This document shows positions 22,839-31,209 of a stretch of 64,000 bases of DNA, in pieces. A model generated the notes under the pieces. It saw only the letters and a list, made by a program, of their open reading frames with translations. It ran no database searches and was not told where the DNA came from. Numbering within the stretch: the first letter of the stretch is position 1; each line of letters opens with the position of its first letter. Origin of the DNA: an uncultured Actinomycetes bacterium (GTDB lineage Bacteria; Actinomycetota; Acidimicrobiia; Acidimicrobiales; CAVTQP01); contig CAVTQP010000003.1 in NCBI GenBank assembly GCA_963736925.1, positions 738,845 through 802,844 on the forward strand, written 5' to 3'. The translations under genes were made by a program, and so were the position numbers.

Positions 22839-23906
22839 GTGTTCGAACGCTTCACTGACCGGGCCCGCAGGGTGCTGGCGCTGGCTCAGGAGGAGGCGCG
22901 CCTCCTCAGCCACAACTTCATCGGGCCCGAACACATCCTGCTTGGGTTGATACACGAGGGCGAAGGGGTGGCAGCCAAGGCGCTCGAGTCGCTCGGTATC
23001 TCCCTCGAGGCCGTTCGCGAAAAGGTGGAGGAGACCATCGGTCCCGCCCGGTCATCCTCGCCGGGTTCGCCGCCGTTCACCCCCCGGGCGAAGAAGGTCC
23101 TAGAGCTCTCCCTCCGCGAAGCCCTCCAGCTCAGGCACAACTACATAGGTACCGAGCACTTGATACTCGGGCTCCTGCGGGAAGGCGAGGGTGTCGGTGT
23201 TCAGGTCCTCACCAGCTTGGGAGTGGATACAGCCCAGTTGCGTAACCGGGTGCTCGAGTTGCTCGCCGGCGAGCTAGGGCGAGCATCATCTGCTGAGGAA
23301 GCCCCGCCGAATCCACCGCCATTCACCGGTGCTGCCCCGGCCGGCTGGACGTCGCTGACTCCCCAGGCGAGGTTCCCCCACCGAACCTGCGCCCTTTGCG
23401 GACGGGACCTATGGGAGACCGAGCGGTACGTATCGGGGGAGTTCGCCAGGGTTTGCGATCAGTGCATCGCTATCGGCCACCAACGTATCGAGGATGCCGA
23501 GAGCGCCGACGAGGGTCCCGAGATCTTCCTCCCGCCGCGTGTTTTTGGCGACGTCCCAAGCGAGGAAGCCGTCGCTCAGATGGTCACGGCGTTTGAGCAG
23601 GCATTCAACATTACTGATCCCGCTGAGGAGACCCTGTACCTCGAGGATCCCGAGACCCTCCGCTCCTACCGTGATGAAGCAGCTCGCCGGACCCAACAAC
23701 GAATAGCGACCTGCCGGGTAGATCGCCTTCGTTTCGTCGCGCCCGATCGCGCCGTAGTGAGGTTCACCCTGACCCTGACGGCAGGCGGGACCTTTCCAAT
23801 CGAAGGATTAGCCGTGTGCCGGGAGGGACGATGGAAGGTTTCCCGCCAGACTCAGGCAGATCTTCTCCGTCGAGGTGGGCTACAGGTACCCGAGGTCGGA
23901 CGCTAG
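22839..23906 (+). CDS. AAA-less Clp-related protein: ClpC-type N-domain (two Clp_N repeats) + ClpX-type C4 zinc ribbon + NTF2/SnoaL-like C-terminal domain
   Basis: Clp_N repeats are 'MFERFTDRARRVLALAQEEARLLSHNFIGPEHILLGLIHEGEGVAAKAL' and 'FTPRAKKVLELSLREALQLRHNYIGTEHLILGLLREGEGVG'. The CxxC-x18-CxxC module 'CALCGRDLWETERYVSGEFARVCDQCI' (nt 23388-23467) has the spacing of the E. coli ClpX ZBD. There are no Walker motifs anywhere in the 355 aa. Confidence 0.75.
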   Translation: MFERFTDRARRVLALAQEEARLLSHNFIGPEHILLGLIHEGEGVAAKALESLGISLEAVREKVEETIGPARSSSPGSPPFTPRAKKVLELSLREALQLRHNYIGTEHLILGLLREGEGVGVQVLTSLGVDTAQLRNRVLELLAGELGRASSAEEAPPNPPPFTGAAPAGWTSLTPQARFPHRTCALCGRDLWETERYVSGEFARVCDQCIAIGHQRIEDAESADEGPEIFLPPRVFGDVPSEEAVAQMVTAFEQAFNITDPAEETLYLEDPETLRSYRDEAARRTQQRIATCRVDRLRFVAPDRAVVRFTLTLTAGGTFPIEGLAVCREGRWKVSRQTQADLLRRGGLQVPEVGR

Positions 23907-24219
23907 GAGATGGTTCTCTAGGTGCCGACGTGCTCGTTAGCTGTGGCTGCTCGTCGTTGTTCACGGGCAGGTTGGCGAGCCTTCGATACTCGTGACCATG
24001 CTCGACGTTCCGTCAGCTGTTGAGGAGACCCGGACCGCGCAGATGGCTTTCCTGCAGGCAGCTACAGATCTCCGTCGACAGCTACGTAAGGAGTTAGGAA
24101 TTACTTCCGACGAGTCGAGCTAGGAGAACCCATGCGCCCCCCTAAGCTATGACTGCCGCCCCGCTCATGTCCGAAGTGCCGGATAACAACATCGATCGGC
24201 AGCGTCTACCTGATTATCT

Positions 24220-24723
24220 CTACCCATAGGAGAAGGACACGGCATTGGAGGTACCGGCCTCGGGCTCGACCGTGAGCGGAACACTTCCCGACGACCCCGA
24301 CAAGGCTGGCACGGTCACCAAGCACGACGTCTGCGTCGGGCAGCTGGTCGGAGCGTCCTCGCCCCCAAGGAACGCCTGGACGTGCCCATCGGGGCTAAAC
24401 AAGTAGGCGCCGGACACCGTCACCACCTGGCCAGCCGCTCCGGTCGCTGGAATCAGGGACAGCAGCTCACGGCGCCTCCCCGCCGGAACTGGTTGGGGGG
24501 CCGCAGGGGGCGGTGCCACGGCCGCGCCCCCTGCCTGAGTTGGGGTCCGAGAGGAGCCCTTGTTCGAGGTGCTGAGATGAGACGGGCTGGCCCGACTGAG
24601 CAAGGGCGACTTGGAAGTCGTGTGACCCCTCATATGTAACACGACGAGAGGGGTACCGAGAACGAGCACGAGGGCACCGACGATGGCCACGCTCGCACGA
24701 ATGACCTTCTCCACACTCGACAC
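24220..24723 (-). CDS. Membrane-anchored protein with Pro/Ala-rich linker and C-terminal IPT/TIG-like Ig-fold domain
   Basis: 167 aa with a TM helix 'ASVAIVGALVLVLGTPLVVL'. The C-terminal 'LIPATGAAGQVVTVSGAYLF...AFLGGEDAPTSCPTQTSCLVTVPAL...VPLTVEPEAGTSNAVSFSY' matches the IPT/TIG pattern. Confidence 0.5.
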   Translation of the reverse strand: MSSVEKVIRASVAIVGALVLVLGTPLVVLHMRGHTTSKSPLLSRASPSHLSTSNKGSSRTPTQAGGAAVAPPPAAPQPVPAGRRRELLSLIPATGAAGQVVTVSGAYLFSPDGHVQAFLGGEDAPTSCPTQTSCLVTVPALSGSSGSVPLTVEPEAGTSNAVSFSYG

Positions 24724-25652
24724 CGTCGGGACATTTCGCGTGCACGGGGTCTCCGCCGGGCCACGATCCCTCCGGTCCCGAGGAAGGCCGATCAGTCGAG
24801 TTTGACCGGAGGAAACTCAGGCGGTCTCCCAACTCCGTAACGCCTCCCACTCGCCGGAGGCGAGTTCGCCGTGGCCTCTCAGCATCGGGGACCGATGCCC
24901 TACTCGGCGGAGGTACGCCAGGGGCCTCGCGAGCGCGTCGTGCTGCCTCCGCCATCGCGCTCAGTGCACGTTCGTTCTTTCCTGTGGCGGTAGTCCAGGC
25001 CATCGGGTCGATCTCCGAGGCAGGCGCTGTCGTTGTAACACACGATATGGCTACTCGCTCCCTATCGGTACACGCCCGGCTGACTGAGTCGGTTCTAGGC
25101 GGGTCCACCGACGTTGATCTATCGCTGTACCCGACCCGTTCCCAGCGAGCTGGCCGCGGCCCGTCTTCGTCGCCAGGGCGAGGTCCTTCACGTGACGTCC
25201 TATGCGGTGGTCCCGGCCGTAGCCGGCGGCTTCCTAGAAGCCGACGGCCGGGGGGTGGCTGGAGGCCACCACGGCGCTCGCTCTCGGAGCGCCCCGCATG
25301 GCGAACCGATGCTCGTCCTCGGCAACGATCACCAGCCCCAGTCCGCGACGACCGAGATTCGAAGACCGGATCTGAGCGCTTGAGGCAGGCGAAGGCGGCC
25401 GAACCTGGCGCACACCGACCGCCAGCTCAGGAAGCAATGTGATCGCCTGCGATGTTGTGAGCCGAAATCCTCATTTGCCAGCTTCACGAGTCGCATGGCC
25501 TTACCCCCTCAGCTCACCCCAAGGAAAGGAATCGAGGGGGTACCGACCCACTCCGTCTCTCCGGGCTGGCAGCTGGCCAGCAGGAAGGGGGGTCGAGGCT
25601 AGCCTGGTGACACGGTTTCGCCGGAACGGCGCCACAAACGAGGAGACCGGAC

Positions 25653-26027
25653 ATGGCTGAACACCAAGATCCATCCAGGTGGGCCGTGGCCGAATGGCAC
25701 GGCAAGATGCTTGTCGATCGCAATGGGGAGAAGATCGGCAAGCTTCAAGACGTCTACGTGGACGTCGAGACCGACGAGCCGCAGTTCGGCACCGTCAAGG
25801 AAGGGTTCATCGGCCGACACCTGACCTTCGTGCCGCTGGGCGGGATCAGGATCGGTCCCGATGACCTGCAGGTCGCAGTGACCAAGGATCAGGTCAAGTC
25901 CGCTCCCGAGATCGAGATGCACGGCGAGGAGCTGTCCCAGGCGGACGAGTCAACTCTCTACCACCACTTCGAGCTGAACTACAGGCCCCCGGACACGGAG
26001 AGCGGGCGTCGCCTCGCCCGTCGCTGA
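25653..26027 (+). CDS. PRC-barrel domain protein
   Basis: 'WHGKMLVDRNGEKIGKLQDVYVDVETDEPQFGTVKEGFIGRHLTFVPL' and a C-terminal 'ESTLYHHFELNY' are typical of actinobacterial PRC-barrel stress proteins. Confidence 0.7.
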   Translation: MAEHQDPSRWAVAEWHGKMLVDRNGEKIGKLQDVYVDVETDEPQFGTVKEGFIGRHLTFVPLGGIRIGPDDLQVAVTKDQVKSAPEIEMHGEELSQADESTLYHHFELNYRPPDTESGRRLARR

Positions 26028-26254
26028 CTGGTCGATCGTAGCTGACAAGCAGACGGAGTGACCGGTTCGGCCGAGGCCGCTGAGACCTCCTGACCGCGGC
26101 TGGGCTGTAGCACCGGCGCCTACCGCACTGTTTTCGGCCGGCGTTGACACGGAAGGGCCAGTCTGGAGGCTTCACCAAGGCACCTAGCAAGCTGCTTGTC
26201 AATCGCACAGGTTCTTCTTCGTGCCCAAAATTGTCACACCGGAAGGAGTGGCTG

Positions 26255-27770
26255 ATGGGCAAGGACGGCGCTCGGAAGGGCTGGCCTAGGCTGCCACTCG
26301 TACCTGGGCCCGTCACAAATGGCGAGTTCTTACCGACCTCGGCGAGCCAGCGACACCTCGACATTGCCCAAGAGACGATGGCCCGGGCCGAAGACACTGC
26401 GTCCCGGCTCTGGGGGACCGTCGCCACTTCCTCCAGACGGCAGGCGGCATGGCCCTCCTCTTGTCGGTGATCAACCTGGCTGGGTGCTCTTCGGCGGGTC
26501 GGCCAACTGCATCCCGAGCGGGCGGAGGTACCACGTCCCAAAGCCTGAGGATGTCCCTCGCTGCCAGGACGCCCTCAGGCAGCCAGGGAGAGTTCATCTT
26601 TGACGGCCACACCCATCACGTGATGCCAACGGACCCCTGGGTTCCGGAGAAGCGCCGCAGACCGTACAGCTCGTTCTGGGCATGCTGCCCTCAGGCTGCA
26701 CCGACTCCAACCCGCTCAACTGCGTCAACCAAGCTGCCTACATCCAAGACCTCTTCATGGGAAGCGACACCACGGTGGCGCTTCTCTCCCGACGTCCCCA
26801 ACTCTGGGCCCGCCACCGCCGCCGTACCATTCAACGACGCCGTGAGCACCCCGAGGATGCGTCGACTGAGCCATGGCGGAGCACCTCGTCTACTCCTCCA
26901 TGACCTCCTCTCACCCAACTTTGGCGCCCTCCAAGCTCAACTGGAGGACATGTCAGCCAAGACCGCCACCGGTCATGTAGCTGCCTTCAAGGTGTACACG
27001 GCCTGGGGTCCTAACGGGCGGGCTTCTCGCTGGATGATCCGAGCATTGGACTTCCCGTAGTTCAACAAGCCCGGGAACTGGGTGTCCGCGTCTTCTGTGG
27101 GCACAAGGGCCTCCCTTGGTCAACTTTGACGCATCCCACAACGGACCCAGGGACATGGTCGCTGTGGCTAAGCAGTTCCCCGCCATGCAGTTTGTCGTCT
27201 TCCATAGTGCCTGGGATCCCAACCATGCCGAGGGCCCATATGACCCGGGGAACACGACCATCGGGATCGACTCTTTGCTCAAGGCTCTCGACGACTACGG
27301 CGTCCCGCCGAACTCCAACGTCTGGGCTGATCTGGGCACCGTATGGCGAGTGGTTCTGAGCGAGCCTGACCAGGCCGCACACGTCCTGGGCAAGCTCATG
27401 TCCCGGGTGGGCGAGGACCAGGTTCTGGGGAACCGACGCCATCTGGTACGGATCTCCCAACCCCAGCTCATGGCCTTTAGGGCGTTTCAGATCACCCCCC
27501 AGTACCAAGAGACCTATGGGTATCCCGAGCTCATTGATGAGCGCAAGCGCAAGATCCTCGGACTCAACGGCGCCCGCCTATTCGGGCTGGATCCCAATGC
27601 CACCCGCTGCAGTGCTAGAAGACGATCCCATCGCCAAAACCAAGCCAGAGCATGACCACCTCGTACGAGCAGGAGCGTTGCCATCACCATGGGCTCCCAA
27701 AGGCCCCATCACTCGACGGCAGATGGTCGACTGGCTGGCGTCGTCCAAGGCACCGTGGTCCCCGCCGTGA
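26255..27770 (+). pseudogene. Secreted (Tat-type leader) amidohydrolase-family metallohydrolase, fragmented by at least six frame changes
   Basis: An RBS (GGAAGGAG) precedes the ATG at 26255. Recognisable pieces are scattered over all three frames. They are 'NGEFLPTSASQRHLDIAQETMARAEDTASRL', 'DRRHFLQTAGGMALLLSVINLAGCSS', 'EFIFDGHTHHV', 'CTDSNPLNCVNQAAYIQDLFMGSDTTVALLS', 'AFKVYTAWGPNGR', 'GFSLDDPSIGLPVVQQARELGVRVFCGHKGLP', 'LVNFDASHNGPRDMVAVAKQFPAMQFVVFHSAW', 'MAFRAFQITPQYQETYGYPELIDERKRKILGLNGARLFGLDP' and 'GPITRRQMVDWL'. Confidence 0.7.
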
Positions 27771-28246
27771 TTCAGGGAACGTCCCGTCTGCCTCGAAGGC
27801 CTTCATTGCTCATCGAGCGTCCTTCCGATTGCCTCCAAGCGACCTGTGGCAGAGTGGCCGATAGCACTCCACCCTAGGACGTGAAGGCCACTGTCTAGGA
27901 GACCGAACCTTTCGCCGTAACCATCTGGGCAACCGCGGTCGCGCTCTTCAACCACTGCGGGCGAAGAGAGCGAAGCCCTGGGCATGGTCAGCCCGCCTTA
28001 TCTTTTTGTCGGCTTCCTGATGGCCTCAGACGCCGTCCTTACGCACCGCTCACACCACCACGACTCGCCCATAACCAAGGCAGGCTCTTCCAGGTCCCTG
28101 CCACATCCCGTGCACGTGTGTCCATTGTGCGGGTCCAGGGCCTCCGAGCCTACGCCGACGTCGCGTGTGTTCACCGTTCAGCCAATATCGCCGGATCCGC
28201 GCTCGGCACTTGGACAGCCCAAACCTCTCAGGACCGGTTGAGCAAC

Positions 28247-28438
28247 TCACGTCGACTCAGGGTACGGGTTAACGTGGAGCCGGGCGAGCCACTCTTCAAG
28301 CTCATCCGCGTCGAACACCAGCTTTCGGCTGCTGAGCCGGTAGTGGGGGACCCGGCGCTCCTCCACCCATCGGTAGAGGGTGTCGGGCGAGACGCCAAGT
28401 CGCTCTGCTGCCTGGCGAGTGGAGAGCCACGTTGGCAC
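28247..28438 (-). CDS. Excisionase-family / MerR-like helix-turn-helix DNA-binding protein
   Basis: 63 aa: 'WLSTRQAAERLGVSPDTLYRWVEERRVPHYRLSSRKLVFDADELEEWL', the canonical HTH_17/Xis pattern. It is intact and lies 174 nt from att copy 2. Confidence 0.7.
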   Translation of the reverse strand: MPTWLSTRQAAERLGVSPDTLYRWVEERRVPHYRLSSRKLVFDADELEEWLARLHVNPYPEST

Positions 28439-28611
28439 CCCCTACGTGTCGGCACAAATCGGACCCCGCCTGAAGGCCCGTTACCTAACGTTACGTAAGG
28501 GCTCCCGAAACGTGCGGAAAGCTGCAGAAAGGTGCGGCGGCGGAACGCAGGCTTTAGCTGGGGTGACGCCACTGGGCCCAGATCCTTGCTGGTAGGGAAA
28601 ATACGCCAAAG

Positions 28612-28657
28612 GGACTCATAATCCTTTGGTCGCAGGTTCGATCCCTGCCGGGCCCAC
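28612..28657 (+). repeat. att copy 2 (attR of island 1 / attL of island 2): orphan 3' half of tRNA-Met
   Basis: It is identical over 46 bp to 14122-14167. No 5' half of a tRNA precedes it. GGTAAAG follows it. Confidence 0.9.
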
Positions 28658-28672
28658 GGTAAAGGTGTGTGG

Positions 28673-28713
28673 TTCCGGGTGATCCTGGACAAAATCGTTT
28701 CCGGGTGATCCTG
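28673..28713 (+). repeat. Two 15-bp direct repeats TTCCGGGTGATCCTG (28673-28687, 28699-28713)
   Basis: The two copies are exact, 26 bp apart start to start, and begin 16 bp inside island 2 next to att copy 2. Confidence 0.85.
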
Positions 28714-28956
28714 TACCACGCCGGCGAACCGCAGCTGGGGCATCCTCCCGATTCTCGGAGCCCCTGTGCCTTATCCGCGCGGTGGACCCCCTACCCGCTC
28801 ACACCCCGCCTACATCCGAAGCGCCCCTTTGCCTCATGATTGTCGCCCGTCAACACGCTGCCGGGGACCGGGCACCCGATCGGCGAGAGTCGACGGTGAG
28901 GCAAGGCCCTGATCAGCCGTCGTCCATCTGACCAGGACAGCCGTCCTCACCCGGTG

Positions 28957-29511
28957 TCAAGCGGTCCCGTGGCGCGGTTCGAGAACGATCACGAGCGTCT
29001 CGGTCGAACGCCGGCCGGCATAGCCGTCGAGCTGCGGTTCGACCACGACCCAGCGCTGCCACAGTCGATCACGCTCCTCTCCCACAACCGGGAGCGCTCG
29101 CACCGAGCGCGCATGCTGGCCCGCCAGGCGAACGACAGCATCCGGGTGCGCCTCGAGATTGAGCCACCACGAGGGATGGTCCTCGTCCCAGCCGTTCATC
29201 GCAAGCACGACGAGATTCGGGCCGTCCTCGACGTAGCCGATGATGACGCTGCGTTCTTGCCCGGACTTCCTCCCGACGGTCGTGAGGCGCAGCACGCCCG
29301 GCCCGCGCTTGTTCGACGTGGTCCACAGGAAGCGGCCGCCACTGAGCCTGTAGAGCACTCGATGAACGCGCCAAGCCACGTGCACGAACCACAGCGGTGG
29401 GACTTTCGGCGGTCGCGTTGCCTCAGTGCCTATGGCCGATTCCTCCCCGTACTGGCGCCTCCCCCAACCATACGTCGCGTCCGCACGGCAAGACCGCTTG
29501 GATGAGATCAT
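28957..29511 (-). CDS. Deazaflavin (F420)-dependent nitroreductase family protein (Ddn/DUF385-like)
   Basis: 'VHRVLYRLSGGRF', 'LRLTTVGRKSGQERSVIIGYVEDGPNLVVLAMNGWDEDHPSWWLNLEAHPDAVV', 'ERDRLWQRW'. The true start is probably downstream of the first ATG. Confidence 0.75.
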   Translation of the reverse strand: MISSKRSCRADATYGWGRRQYGEESAIGTEATRPPKVPPLWFVHVAWRVHRVLYRLSGGRFLWTTSNKRGPGVLRLTTVGRKSGQERSVIIGYVEDGPNLVVLAMNGWDEDHPSWWLNLEAHPDAVVRLAGQHARSVRALPVVGEERDRLWQRWVVVEPQLDGYAGRRSTETLVIVLEPRHGTA

Positions 29512-29568
29512 GAAAATGGGTTATTTCTCACCAAGACAGGTGGCATCCTCGGCTGTCATCGTTGAAAC

Positions 29569-29838
29569 GTGGAGGAGTCGACCCAGGTCCGAATCGTGTC
29601 TCGGCAGCCCTTGCTGCGAGCTGGACTCGAGCGCCTGGCTGCTTCCGCACGTTTACGCGTCGTTGAGGGCGCTGGGGACGCCGACCTGGTGCTGCGAGCG
29701 GCCGATGAGCCGTCCGACGGGTCCCTTGTAGACGTCACCCTGGCCAGCGGCTCCATCGTGGTCACTTGCCAGTCCAGTCCGCGACCTGACGTTTGGGAGG
29801 CCTTGGGAAGGATCGTCACGACAGCCTTCTCCGGTTGA
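29569..29838 (+). CDS. Hypothetical small protein (receiver-like N-terminal pattern, no conserved Asp pocket seen)
   Basis: 89-aa ORF: 'VRIVSRQPLLRAGLERLAASARLRVVEGAGDADLVLRAADEP'. Support is weak. Confidence 0.25.
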   Translation: MEESTQVRIVSRQPLLRAGLERLAASARLRVVEGAGDADLVLRAADEPSDGSLVDVTLASGSIVVTCQSSPRPDVWEALGRIVTTAFSG

Positions 29839-30304
29839 CTGGGTACGACGTGACAACGTGAGCCGCGCCCACTCGGACCACAACTGCCTGGGGGCACGAC
29901 CACAGGCCCGGAGGCTTGCTGGGGCCCCACGCTCGAGCGATGAGACTTCTCATCGCCGTGCGGATGATCCTACCGGCAGCCTGAAAGCCCGACGAATTGT
30001 GCCAGCGACCCTTGTACGTCCGTCACCGCCAGTCGAGTGGCCATTGCCGCCAACTACGGCAGCTAAGCGGTGGGCAGTCGACCTAGCCAAGTAAACGCAC
30101 TTCGAACGCGACACTAATACTGCGCTACCGGGCTCTTCTGAACGGCAGTTCGAGGCGAACCGGTTCAACCACGGGTGAAGTGATGCAACCAATGGCTTGA
30201 TCTCGTCTTGGCAAGAGGAAACCCTGCCACGAGCAAGGCCCATGACAAGCCGTGTCTCTGGATTCTCTCGATCCGTGATTGTGGTTATTCCGACCCAGGG
30301 CCGC

Positions 30305-30340
30305 GGGCAGCTCTACCAGTCATAGCTGGGCAGCTCTACC
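30305..30340 (+). repeat. Two 13-bp direct repeats GGGCAGCTCTACC (30305-30317, 30328-30340)
   Basis: The two copies are exact and 23 bp apart, ~100-130 bp upstream of the DUF732 gene start. Confidence 0.8.
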
Positions 30341-30435
30341 GGTACCCGATTGGGGCCCTTATCCCTCTCGTTTGGTCGGCTCGAAAAGCGCAGGCTCAAG
30401 GAGTCAGCCCACAACTCAAAGCTAAGGAGCCCACA

Positions 30436-30993
30436 ATGACTTACCACTCTTTCGAAGGATCTGGCACACAGACCGCAACTCCGCCCGCTGGAGTCGGAGT
30501 GCCGCCCTATGTATCTCCGACCTTTGCACCACCGTCCAGCAATTCGGGTAGCAAGTCCAACTGGGCCATGATTGCGGCCACTGCCGCCATGGTGGTGGCC
30601 GTTGCGGTTGCAGCGCTGGTCATTCTCAGGCCCGGAGCCTCTCCCCGCCCGATTCCGGCCAACACGGTCAACCACGTGGTGCGTCCAACCCCGCCGCCCC
30701 CGCCGCCCCCGCCGTCCTCGACCCAGCAGTTCCTCAATGATGTCAATGGGCAGGGTGCCGACTTCGCATCGGTTCCCGACTCGCAGCTGCTCGGGTATGG
30801 CAACGCAGCGTGTTCCGACTTCCAGGGCGGTAACACGGTTGATCAGACCATCAACGACGCACTCTCGGCTGCGAATAACAACTCGGATGGCCTGAATGTC
30901 AGAGACATGGGCGTCATTGTCGGTGCCGCCACAGCGACGCTGTGCCCGACCTACGGGCCTGAGGTGCAGGCTTGGGCGCAAGCGAACGGTTGA
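30436..30993 (+). CDS. Membrane-anchored DUF732-like protein with poly-Pro linker
   Basis: An RBS (AAGGAG) precedes the ATG at 30436. It has a TM helix 'WAMIAATAAMVVAVAVAALVIL', then 'PPPPPPPP'. The two-Cys DUF732 pattern follows: 'QQFLNDVNGQGADF...LLGYGNAACSDFQGGNTVDQ...VIVGAATATLCP'. Confidence 0.65.
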   Translation: MTYHSFEGSGTQTATPPAGVGVPPYVSPTFAPPSSNSGSKSNWAMIAATAAMVVAVAVAALVILRPGASPRPIPANTVNHVVRPTPPPPPPPPSSTQQFLNDVNGQGADFASVPDSQLLGYGNAACSDFQGGNTVDQTINDALSAANNNSDGLNVRDMGVIVGAATATLCPTYGPEVQAWAQANG

Positions 30994-31016
30994 TTTCCCC
31001 AAGCGTTCGAGCATGA

Positions 31017-31044
31017 GCAGGCCCCCCGGGATCCGGGGGGCTGC
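31017..31044 (+). terminator. GC-rich hairpin downstream of the DUF732 gene
   Basis: GCAG(G)CCCCCCGG-gat-CCGGGGGGCTGC forms a 12-bp stem with one bulge, 24 nt after the stop codon. There is no U-tract, which is common in high-GC actinobacteria. Confidence 0.5.
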
Positions 31045-31209
31045 TCCGCGTCCGGCCCCGCAGACTAGTCATGGATTGCGGTCGGCGGCGTACCGGCCAG
31101 GTACCATCTTCAACGGGTTGGCGGACTGGCGCTCGAGCCATGAGCCGCCCTATTCCTTTTCTCTCTGGCGTCTTGATGAGTTGGGTGCCCTCGGCTCCGA
31201 TGACTCAGG

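Noticed and set aside
24724-25650. Several ORFs on both strands between the IPT/TIG gene and the PRC-barrel gene (for example 24467..25108 minus and 25234..25437 minus, 'GLGLVIVAEDEHRFAM')
   Set aside because: I found no recognisable motif, no RBS, and no frame continuity that I could defend. The region is possibly decayed island DNA.
28228-28743. 171-aa minus-strand ORF spanning att copy 2
   Set aside because: It runs straight through the tRNA-derived repeat and overlaps the well-formed excisionase-type ORF in another frame. It has no motifs.
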